Shown here in pieces: positions 36,981-47,591 of a DNA stretch of 64,000 bases; within the stretch, counting starts at the first letter, position 1, and the number at the start of each line of letters is the position of its first letter. The notes below the pieces were generated by a model. That model had not been told where the DNA came from, made no database searches, and saw nothing but the letters and a program-made list of their open reading frames with translations. Source of the stretch: Antedon mediterranea (Eukaryota; Animalia; Echinodermata); the NCBI RefSeq assembly GCF_964355755.1, contig NC_092679.1, positions 1,766,201 through 1,830,200 of the forward strand, given 5' to 3'. A program made the position numbers and the translations under genes.

Positions 36981-39116
36981 AGCACTTATAGACTACGAAC
37001 ACCATGATTGGTTTGTGTATTTATCCTATCCTTTCTTAATCATTTGCTTGATGATCTATCATTCAATATTTCTTTATAAATCAAAACTTCCCCAATCTTT
37101 ATTGCTATGACTTTCGTGTTAATTTATTGAAATATTGCATTTAACAGGTGCTTTAAATTTGTAGTATGTTCATTTCCGTTATATACATTGTTATGATTTT
37201 AATATTATATCATAATTTGGTAGACCAGGTGTTTGATAAGAAAATAATCTCGAGATAACAGTAATATATTAATTGATAAAATGTAGCAAAACTATAAGAT
37301 ATTAAACTATAATGAATATTGTTTTTTTAACCCATGTATTAATTAATCCCTTTTGTGTTAATTAAATTGATTAATCTTTTTCGTACACTGGATCCATGAG
37401 TTTAAAAAGATGTAATAAACTTAACCTAATGTCTATCTACATTTACAACACTTGAATCGTATTATGAAATTTATTGGAACGATTTTGGATTGTTTAAAAC
37501 AAATACCAGATATTAGAAATGTGTTTTTTCAGATACCTTTTTATTTCATATTTTTGTCTATTTACATTGATACACTTCCTAGCAATATTTAAATAATTTA
37601 TGATAAACATGTTGTAATTGCACAGATATCAATATGTAAAAAAAATGTTTTAATACATGATTAGGCTTCGTTTAAAATGTATATTAGTATTACTCGCTTT
37701 TATAGCTGACAAATCAGAAATCGTTAAAATGTCATTGAAATTTTAGATTTACTTTTAACTGTGCTTGTCAATTTACATTTCTTGTTGGTTAAATTACAGG
37801 TTTTGTTTATATTGGTGTGAAATATTTTTATGGAATGCTTTACCTACATTGACCTTCATTTCAACTGTACCTTTACTTATTATTTAGGCTATACCTTGTT
37901 TTTTCGATCCTGGTTTCTTTTTAAATCCCTAACCATAATGATTTATGTAATTGACAAACCAAGCTAGATTTCAACAATGAATTTTAAATCCCAAAATAAT
38001 AGGCCGACCGGAACCAATGACTAATATTTACCTGTGCAGTTACCACTGATGAGTGGGAGTGGTAATTGTAAATGGGTGTGTGCATTCTATAGAAATGAGA
38101 GACAAGTTCAAAAGCAGCATAAATACAGCATTAAAAATTGTTTACTAAACTGTTAAAAAACAACCCTTATTTTTGTGCCGCTATTGTTCGTATTTAGCGG
38201 GTGTGTTTCCTAAGAATGTTTTGCTTACTAATTGAAGACAATTGGCTTTAATTCATAATACAATTAGCAACAATACATTTATTAGTTACTGAATATGCAA
38301 ATGAGATTAGGATGTGTTAAAAGCTTCGCTATCAAACTCTGTTTGCAGTTAAATATCTGCAAGCTTCGGCATAAGGTGATTCTGTAGTCAAATGCTGTAT
38401 TTTATTTTGTATATTACATGTTAAAACCGGTAAGTTATGACGCAATATTACAAACTAATTTAATGTTTTTTTAGTTTATTATCTCATTTGGTGACGTTTC
38501 TTCAGTCTTAGATTCTCTAACTTGTACCATTTCAACATAGCACACAAGTTTAAAAAAATAGTATTTAAATGTCTAAAGATGAAATCATACATAATATTTT
38601 GCTGTATTTTTATATTTTTCGCTAAGTACTTAAAAACATAATTATCTGGGCGTCTTCTTAATAGACAACTGTTTACGCCATTGGTCAAGCATGAGCGGAG
38701 CACAAGGCGTTCATGCGTTGTAGCACGTCTACAAATGGGCTTGGCAAAATATGTTATTTGCTCCCGATATTGTGAATCATATAATAATTATAAACATATA
38801 TGGTCCTCGGGGAATATTGCAGCCATCAGATCCCTATCTACGTGCTATTTATAACTTGCGTTTCTACAACTAAAATCATTCTGCTTTTTTCAAATCGCCA
38901 TATGGTAGATACTATGTTACCATGGTGATTTTTACTGTAATTATTCAGTGTCAAATTTCCATGGAAATGTTGAATTTATTGCAAGAAATAATTAATAATA
39001 GCATAAACAATGACTTAATAATTCAGAAGAGATGAAAATATTACTGAATATCATAAGATATAAATTTAGGTACAAATATTGTAAAGCTCTGAAAATAAAA
39101 AAGGGGAAATGTATAA

Positions 39117-39258
39117 AGCACTGTCTACACTATAAAAAATTTGTTTGACAAAAAAAGTTTGATGTTTGGTAGTGATAATTACAGTATAACATCATCATGT
39201 CCATATATGGGCACATCACATTTTTTGTCAAAGAAATTTTGATAGTGTAGACAAAGCT
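39117..39258. mobile_element. Harbinger-type MITE family A copy
   Basis: AGCACTGTCTACACTATA ... TAGTGTAGACAAAGCT. Confidence 0.78.
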
Positions 39259-40065
39259 ATAGAGATAGAAATCAAGATGAGTGGCCAACCCTTAGAATTT
39301 TATCAGAATGTTATAAAGTTTCATCCCTTTCAAAACCTATTTGAATAATTTTAAAATAAAAATGTGATAGAAATTGAATTTCACTACAAAATTGAAAATT
39401 CTAATAATAAGTATATTATTAATGTAACGTTGGGGGTTAAACATTTGTTTTTCTTAGTTTAGCATCAATTCAATTTATTTTCTTTTCAACTTGTAAATCC
39501 ATATCTATTCTTGCTTTCAAGAGAGTAAAGCATTATTGAACGGCTCTATGATATGAATATTCATAGCACTAGATATTAAATACTGTCCGGGATTGAGATT
39601 TATTGTAATTGTCTGCATATATGTAATATTGATCGTCGATAAAGCGGAATCGCTCTCAAATCTGCTGAATTAATTTGAATTTTTTTTCTAATAATATGAT
39701 ATTCTTGTATTGATAATAATATTATTATTTATATTATATAATAACTTGTATGGATTTCCGTTTTCAAATGTGTTTAATAAGATCAAGCTTTTTCTGAATT
39801 AAACTTGCTAATTAAAAATTAAGATATATATTAGGTTAAATATGAAATGACATCATGAAATGTTATTATTTTATAATTTTACCAAATTTATATCTAGACG
39901 TTGCTTTATTCCATAATTGGATTAATTTCAAGTAATTAAATGTTTGTCAAAATTAATTTATACATTTATGATTAAAAGATTAAGATTATTAATGCAAAAT
40001 CTTAATACTCTAATTTTCAGAAGACCCATTAGTGGTCAGTAACTTTTCTGAAATATATAGAGTCT

Positions 40066-40240
40066 GTTGCTATAGTAACCAAGCTGGTTTAGTCATTGTT
40101 GCTATGGTAACCCTTGAGTCACAGAGCGTAGCATATTGGTTGATTTTTGCATGGCTGTACAGAACTTTAATTGGATTGGCTATAAGCCTGACAAGCGAGA
40201 GAAACTTGAAATCTGGTCAATACTTGATTGAACCAATAAG
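40066..40240 (+). promoter_or_regulatory. Putative alternative promoter/enhancer of FoxN2/3 (two X-boxes, AP-1, CCAAT boxes)
   Basis: GTTGCTATAGTAAC 40066, GTTGCTATGGTAAC 40098, TGAGTCA 40115, ATTGG/CCAAT near 40135, 40170, 40175 and 40233. Confidence 0.55.
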
Positions 40241-41515
40241 GCTAGTAAATGACATTAGGCAAAGTACGGACTTACGTTTTGGTGCAGGTTTACAGGAATT
40301 GAACAATTTACTCGTATATGACCTCAATACGCATTGTTGTAAAATGTTCCAATTTCATTATCTTATTAATTTAAACTGGCTGAAACGCCTGCCTTATTCT
40401 CGGCCTGAATAATTCAAATGGTAAATGTTATCAATTATACTGTAGGCATTTAAATTTATACCTACAGTATTTACGTGTAAAACTTAAATTTTGTTTGCCC
40501 TTCTAATAAATTAAAAATTATTTCAATCATTAAGTCATGAACTAAGATAATTAATAATATAAAAATTATTTAACTAAAAAAAAAATTTTTATTTAACAAA
40601 AAAAAAAGATTAATTTGGAAAAATAGCAATGATGGGGAACAAACTGTTTAAATTTTCAATGGGTTTAGGAGCCATGAACTAAAATTAACTGGGGTTGGAA
40701 GACCCTTAAAAATTGAAGTAAAACCCTTGTCGCCCAATCCATCCTTATCGAGGAAAATTGAGTTTATCTCTGAAATCTGATATCTGATCAAACTGTAATT
40801 TCTCTCAACTAATAGCCGGATATTCATACATTTATTATTGTTTAATTAAGAAATGTTTAATTTGTACTGGATGAGATTTAGGGATGTTTGTTTGACTATT
40901 GAACACAAAATTTCACAGGTGAACAGCCAAAGAGAAACTGTGAAGAATTCACATTGAAATATTAGTGCCGCTTCAATCGACAACAAAAGCGCCATCGTGG
41001 CAAATCCTATCGTTATTTTCCAAACACAAATCTACCACTTTTGGTTCAATGAAGACTTTCAATGCCGTCATGCATTAATTTTAAATTTCTGTACTTGACA
41101 CACTCTCTCTGTATATTTAAATGAGCTTTAGAGGTGCCTGTGTACAGTCATTTCAAGTGTTTTTGTAGCATGGTATGTATGTTGTCTATTCGTTGAAGAT
41201 TTCATGAACCATATTTTTTGTTGTTGAAGTAGTCTTCTTCTAGCATTTTGTTCTTAATCTTTCTTTTATTTCTCTTGGATAAAGCAATTGTTATTTTGAT
41301 TGAATTTTTCAACGCAAGGATCAGGAATTTCAATGGAATGCATTAACTTGCAAATTACAAGTTTTGTTGTAAAGCAATTAATGTTACTACTGTATTTTCA
41401 CTGTAATATATTTCCTACAGTAGTACTAACTGGTGAGTTGAACCAGTGCCTTACGATTGATAAAGCAATTATTTTAACCACCATTTTGTTGATTTTTACT
41501 TGCAGACAGTCACCA

Positions 41516-42094
41516 ATGAAGATGCCACCGAGTCGTAAGCAAGACTTCAACTGGAAACGAAGATTATCGTACGATTTAAGCAACAGCTTTCCGAGCGCAA
41601 CACTTACGCAAGCATTTGAGGACGTTAAAATGGAAGATATTGATTTGTCGAGTAGTTGTTTCGGTGCAATTCGAATAGAAAAAGGACCGTTGGATGACGA
41701 CGAACTAAAACCTCTGACATGGTTGCACAGTACCGACCTCCTCAAAGATATTAACTTAGATGATGATGCTGATTACGAAGATGAAGATATCATATCCAAA
41801 GAGAATTGTGATAATGGGCTGATCAATTTTAATAATCAAACAAACAATAATTCAATTGACTCAAACGATCCGATCAAACAAGTGAACAGTAAACCGCCTT
41901 TTTCTTTTAGTTGTTTAATTTTTATGGCAATAGAAGATTCACCGACTAAACGTCTTCCCGTTAAAGATATTTACCAGTGGATTCTAGATCATTTTCCATA
42001 TTTCCATTCTGCGCCAACGGGGTGGAAGAATTCTGTGAGGCATAATCTCTCCCTGAATAAATGCTTTAAGAAAGTTAAAAAAGTAAAAGGCCAG
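41516..42094 (+). CDS. FoxN2/3: Forkhead box N2/3, coding exon 1 (N-terminus and most of the forkhead domain)
   Basis: [16 protein letters not shown] and [62 protein letters not shown], nearly identical to FOXN2/FOXN3; CAG|gtaagt. Confidence 0.95.
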
Positions 42095-42468
42095 GTAAGT
42101 TATATTAAATTTGTTTGTAGAAGTGACATCAGTTTTTACTGTAAAATCTTTGAGAAGTTATCTCTCTGTTTTAGCACTTTTTGATCATTAGCATAAAGAC
42201 CATATAGTAATAATTAATTAAATATCAAAAAAATTTAAAAGTAAAAAATTAATAATATTGTTTCCAACTGGTTCTCCAAAAGCAGTTTCAGTAGTGATAG
42301 TTGTGGACTTTTTGTGACCTTGATAGAATAATGATTTTAGCAGTTTTCAGGCTTTGTTGGTTTTTGTAACATTTTTCAGTTGTTTTCAATGTATTTGGAT
42401 TTTTGAAGATTAGACTATAACAATGTAAAACAATAAATAAAATACTTTTGCAAAGTTGGAATTTCTTA

Positions 42469-42560
42469 AGCTCTGTCTACACTATCAAACTTCATATGAC
42501 AAAAACATGATGATGTCATATCACTACCATATTTGGGCACATCACTCTTTTGTCAAAAGC
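42469..42560. mobile_element. Harbinger-type MITE family A, partial
   Basis: tta|AGCTCTGTCTACACTATCAAACT left end; right TIR missing. Confidence 0.68.
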
Positions 42561-43491
42561 TATCATATTATCAATTGACATGCTCGTTTTTGCATTTGCC
42601 TCTACATGTTATGTTTACCGAGATGTTTAAATGCAGAGTAGCCGTGTTAAACACTCTCAAAACTGTTAACTTCATCTTTCACTGACGCAGATAGCAAATG
42701 AGTCTGTTTCCATGGTTATGCAACAGTTGCCATGGTAATTGATCTTGATATACTTGGTTAGTGATTGGTTGTTAGGTTCAGTGTCATTTTTTGCATCTGT
42801 AAATACATTCTACAGTGTTTTTACATTTAGTTGGGTAGATTAATTGTCTACTTTGGAGTTTACATTTAAATACACAATCTTAATTAACTTTTACTTGTAA
42901 ATTTTAAACAAATTTTTTTATTAGGTACAATTACATAAATGAACTGTACAGCTAAATTATTTTGAACTTTACGCTACATCTTTACAATGTTAAATAAAGA
43001 TAAAAGCCAAAGCAATTGTCAGGTGACTCAGGAGTTTGGGCGTGCTTCAACACAGGATGAATAGATACCATAGAATTATCACATGGGTGGGGTTATTCTG
43101 TTAGGAGAAATTATGCATTAATTTTACTGTACTATTGGGAGTAAGTTACAAAATATAACTCTTTTTTATTGGTTTTTTTGGCATTCTTTTCCGTATTTAT
43201 TTAGCCCTGAACTTATAAGCTTATTGCCGCATGCCCTTCAGCTCTTTACTTGGTAACAAACTTTCAACAATAGTTGCCATGGTAATTTTATCTTTATTAC
43301 GACTTTGATTTGGTGTGATTTCAAAATCAAATATCAAACTTTGTAAAACTTGTTTGCATTTCTTTGTATTTCTAACATAAAAGGGAACTGATTTTACTGA
43401 AGTAAATAGAATTGAAAATTTAAAAAAAAACATAAAAACAAACTAAGGAATGATTACTCACCATTAGATCACTAGATATTATATATATATA

Positions 43492-44812
43492 CAGTCAACT
43501 CTCCCAATACCGGACACCCTTGGGCGGGCATATATTTTCCGGTTTTTCGAAAGTCCGGTTTCCTGAAAACATATTTTTAAAGTCATCACGTTGTCACTGA
43601 AAATGCTTTGAATCACCGGTCGGAATGCTGCTCGGTGCGGTCTAGCGTAGGGAAGGCCTAGGCTATGATTGTGTCAAGCTAGTTTTAATTAAATAAATAC
43701 TGATAGGCCTAGGCCTACTTTATTAATATTAAGCTGATTCAATTTACCTTTTTTAAAAGTTACATTATTTACTGTACCAATAAAACATGTTACAATAGTA
43801 AATTATTGTTTCTCAATGTGTTTTTAACGGCAAAAAGGCCTACGTACGTACGGTGAACATAATTTCGGTCTGTTTATTGTTTTTTTTTCGTGAGCTAGCT
43901 AGCAGCAGCAGCATGGGTGATAAAAATAGCAAAGCGGGGCTTTGATTGATGCGCATGTGCAGAGGTGTCATAATCAAATAAAAACGCCCACACCTGGACC
44001 ACATGTTTTTTAAGCTCCTTTATTTTGACGTAATTTGATAGCAATGATGAAAATTGATTAGGTAAACGAGCCAAGCAATAATGACACAATAATTAATTGG
44101 TAACATTTCAAAGTTTATTAACACTAGTTAAGTCAAGTTCATTCCGTTTACGTTTTGCCATAATGATTTCCAAATTTATAATGATGCACATTTTTAGTGA
44201 AACATTCCTTTTTAAAGTCCTATTGCAATTGTGAATTTAACAATAATTTAAACAAAACAAAGACACAAAGTGGAATGTAAATTGAACTTGAACAATTCAT
44301 ACGCTAAAAAACAGGGAGTTGTTAACAACTCCCTGCTAAAAACAATAGACATTAAGACATAGCGCTTCGATGTGAAAAAGCCCTAGCCCACCGCAGTTCG
44401 ATACGCAACAAAGCAATTGCCGCCTCGTGGGTTAACAATGAACTGACCTGTCAATCACAGTGTAGCGCTCCATGGCAACATTATTTGATCGTACCGCGAA
44501 ACGTCGCGCACTTCATGGTCAGGGTATGGTTAAAAGCTTTTGTATATTGTGAATGTATTGAATCCGAGTCAGCGACGACGATGTTACGTTGTTTTCGTAA
44601 ATATTTGGAGTTTTTTAACTGTCCGTCCGGTTTTCAGACGCTAATTTTCGTGTTTTGTACTTCATAATTTGTCCGGATTCCGGAATTGGGTATTCCGGTT
44701 TTCAAAATAAATTACAGTACATTTAGAATAGGAACAAATTGGGCCCTCCAAAAAAGTCCGGTTTTTCGTGAATTCCGGTTTTGGGAGAGTCCGGTATTGG
44801 GAGAGTTGACTG
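43492..44812. mobile_element. Tc1/mariner (pogo/Tigger-like) non-autonomous DNA transposon, 1.3 kb
   Basis: 24-bp perfect TIR CAGTCAACTCTCCCAATACCGGAC, TA target duplication, subterminal tccggtttt repeats, no transposase ORF. Confidence 0.88.
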
Positions 44813-45081
44813 TATATCGTTTCAAAAATTAATTAAATAATTTTCAGTGTATCACCGGGCGGTTTGGAATTTATTTCTATGCCTGTTGTGTTTATATATA
44901 TATAAAAGTATCTCTCGAGATCCCGCTTAGTGAATAAATATACTGAATTATAGATGAGGGCGTATCAATTTGATCTCTGGTGCGCGTGCGTACAACTGAG
45001 GACTAGTTGTGTTCCAACCGTACCACGCCGAGAATGTTAAAGGGTCGTTATCCGATCGAGTTAAAGAACAATACCATGAAA

Positions 45082-45153
45082 GCCCCAGTGGTCTAATGGT
45101 TAGGGCAACTGCATATCAAGCAGGCGGTCCGAGTTCGAGTCTCGGTTGGGGCG
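45082..45153 (+). tRNA. tRNA-like sequence, anticodon ATC (Asp-type), copy 1; probably element-borne
   Basis: Acceptor GCCCCAG/TTGGGGC, T-arm CCGAG-TTCGAGT-CTCGG, loop ATATCAA, discriminator G, T5 downstream; one anticodon-stem mismatch. Confidence 0.55.
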
Positions 45154-45448
45154 ACTTTTTCTCATTCTCACAGATTTCCTCATCTTTATCGTTTCAAATT
45201 AATTAATTAAATTTCAGTATATCACCGGGCGGTTTAGAATTATTGTTCATTGCCTGATGTGTTTATATAAACAAAAGTATCTCTTCGGAGATCCCGCCTC
45301 GTGAATAAAAATACTGAAAGATGAGGGCGTATCAATTTGATCTCTGGTGCGCGTGCGTACAACTGAGGACTAGTTGTGTTCCAACCGTACCACGCCGAGA
45401 ATGTTAAAGGGTCGCTATCCAATCGAGTTAAAGAACAATACCATGAAA

Positions 45449-45520
45449 ACCCCAGTGGTCTAATGGTTAGGACATCTGCATATCAAGCAGGCGGTCCGAG
45501 TTCGAGTCTCGGTTGGGGCG
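45449..45520 (+). tRNA. tRNA-like sequence, anticodon ATC, copy 2
   Basis: As copy 1, with paired D stem (GTC/GAC) and anticodon stem (TCTGC/GCAGG) but an A1-C72 mismatch. Confidence 0.55.
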
Positions 45521-46527
45521 ACTTTTTCTCATTCTCACAGATTTCCTCATCTTTATCGTTTCAAATTAATTAATTAAATTTCAGTATATCACCGGGCGGT
45601 TTAGAATTAATGTTCATTGCCTGATGTGTTTATATATATATATATATATTTTTTTTTTTTTCTTCAGTCTTTCAAATAAATTCATTCTTGTAGCATTTTG
45701 GTTCAGAACTTTAACTAACATATTGACCTTAGACATGCTTTTCATAATCCACAGTCTTAATCACCTTTTGATCTAATTAATCCCACTGTTGTTAGGATCA
45801 ATTTATCATTAATACCTTTTGTTAAAGTTTTTGTCAAATCCTGTTCTGATTTTGACACTGAAGGTCTTTATCTACTTCATGATTGTTTCTGTCTCCTCTT
45901 ATGCTTTATTGCCATGGAAACCATATGCTGAATACCATGGCAACGTAGTTAACCAGCTTAATACTATATCTGTCTTGAATTGAAGAAACAATTGCAGCAA
46001 AAAATGTACAAATTTGTATTCAGGATGGGATCTTACAGACATTGAATTATTGGTAAACAAGTCTGTAATCATCTAGTCATTCATTGTTAATTATTGGACA
46101 CTATTGTTAGTTCTAGTAAATGTTTATATAATGAGACAAGGGTGTTAATATATACTGTTTGTAAGGAGTTTCTTTCCTTTGGATTTGGCATAAACATCTT
46201 TAGTAACATTTTCAGACGTGTAATTCATGACAAATCTCTGCAAATCTACAAAAAAATAAACAACCCGTAGCAAACCTTATGGAAACAACATAAAAGTGAT
46301 ATGTAATGCGAGATAAATTCGGGGGAAGGGGTTTATGAATTTTTTTTTTTAAACTTTACAATTCTTTAGCAGATAAAATTGTTTTTGTTTTACATACTCT
46401 TACTGTAGGAGTGTTTTTTTAGTATACTGTAGGTTTAACTTATTTATAAACTTGGATGAAACAAACATACAACCTGAATGGGTACTGTACCCACATATAT
46501 TGACATAGGTGCCTTTTTAAATAAAAT

Positions 46528-46849
46528 CAAAGAACTTATAACACAAGAATCTCCTGTTCGTCCAAAGCGCGTAACAATTTCGAAAGGCATTGTGGGATAG
46601 AATAGAGCTATGGGTGGCGCCATTGTGAGCCATGGAGTAGGGCGCCCGCATCAAATTAGAACGTCAAAATCATAGAGGGGATCTGCTAATACTCTAGGGG
46701 GTAGAGTAATTGACTTCCTAGTTTGGAGGGGGCGCTGCTCCATGCTGTGAAATGGCGTCGCCCAGTTTGACCTTTTAACCCTGTACTTCCGATACTGTGT
46801 TTTGAATGCAAATTGAAGAACAGGAGATTCTTGTGTTATAAGTTCTTTG
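46528..46849. mobile_element. P-superfamily-like MITE, 322 bp
   Basis: 32-bp perfect TIR CAAAGAACTTATAACACAAGAATCTCCTGTTC (CANRG start) with 7-bp target duplication ATAAAAT. Confidence 0.82.
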
Positions 46850-46882
46850 ATAAAATATAACAGACTGTACATGTGTAACTAA

Positions 46883-47591
46883 GGGCCTGTTCGCAGGGGT
46901 TGAAAATACCAGCTTATTCCCGATTTCCGTTCGCGTGATCCAATTAACTTTTGCCTCAGGCTACAAAAAATTCGAGGTAAAATGTTCACCAAATTTGCAG
47001 GTTATTTCAGCGATAATCCAATTATACTCGGCCTTCGAGGATAATAAATCTCCGATAGAGGCAATGTGTCAAATTTTGACAAACGTTCGCTGCCTAGGCC
47101 CGTCATTTCTCCTACGAAGCTCTTCCATACACGCTTCGAGAGCGATCGTCAGCTGGTGCTGTCCTTGTTGGTGTAGACCGCTTTAGTAGGCCTAGCTGGT
47201 CGGGGAGCCGCTGGTCGGTGGTGTTTCCGTCGTGTAACATTGGGCTCAAATTCTTCGTCAATGAGTAAAATAATGGTCGTCAGGAGAAGGCATATTTCGG
47301 CAGGATTATCGGCGTTAAGAGGCATAAGGTTTGTCGCAAGGATAAGCAGTGTAAAAGGTAGCAAGTAATTGTTATTGTAAAGAAAGATCGCGAGTAAAAA
47401 ATATACAACAAGAAACTAGCGTGCGAAAATGGGGTCGTAGGTTGTAAAGACAACTGACGTAATTTCCGGTTTGTGATTCGTCGATTAAGCATTTAAGCGG
47501 TTAAATATTTCAAGTACGAACAACGCTCAATTTATAACCCGAGGCATGGGTGAAATTAAGCGCTTATTTTAACCACCGTACGAACACGACC
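46883..47591. mobile_element. Probable Harbinger-like non-autonomous element
   Basis: Imperfect TIRs GGGCCTGTTCGCAGGGGTTGAAAATA / TATTTTAACCACCGTACGAACACGACC flanked by TAA/TTA; GC/CpG-rich interior with broken ORFs. Confidence 0.55.

Larger units (their letters stand above)
44816..45648 (+). repeat. 367-bp tandem repeat (about 2.2 units) bounded by (TA)n, each unit containing a tRNA-like sequence
   Basis: atcgtttcaaa recurs near 44816, 45188 and 45555; units nearly identical. Confidence 0.88.

Noticed and set aside
25000-40000. Short ORFs in the long FoxN2/3 upstream/intronic region as hidden genes
   Set aside because: Low-complexity I/L/F/K/N-rich translations typical of AT-rich non-coding DNA; no consistent exon chain or domain.
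41300-41515. N-terminal 72 aa of the 294-aa ORF (and its tail 42095-42184)
   Set aside because: Intronic read-through beyond clear splice sites at 41505 and 42094.
44990-45400. Hammerhead ribozyme (CTGAGGA core) in the 367-bp repeat
   Set aside because: No stem II followed by GAAA and no closing helices could be built on either strand.
45009-45573. Duplicated 65-aa ORFs (also the ORF pair at 58931-59274)
   Set aside because: By-products of tandem repeats; non-ATG starts; the first pair reads through a tRNA-like sequence.
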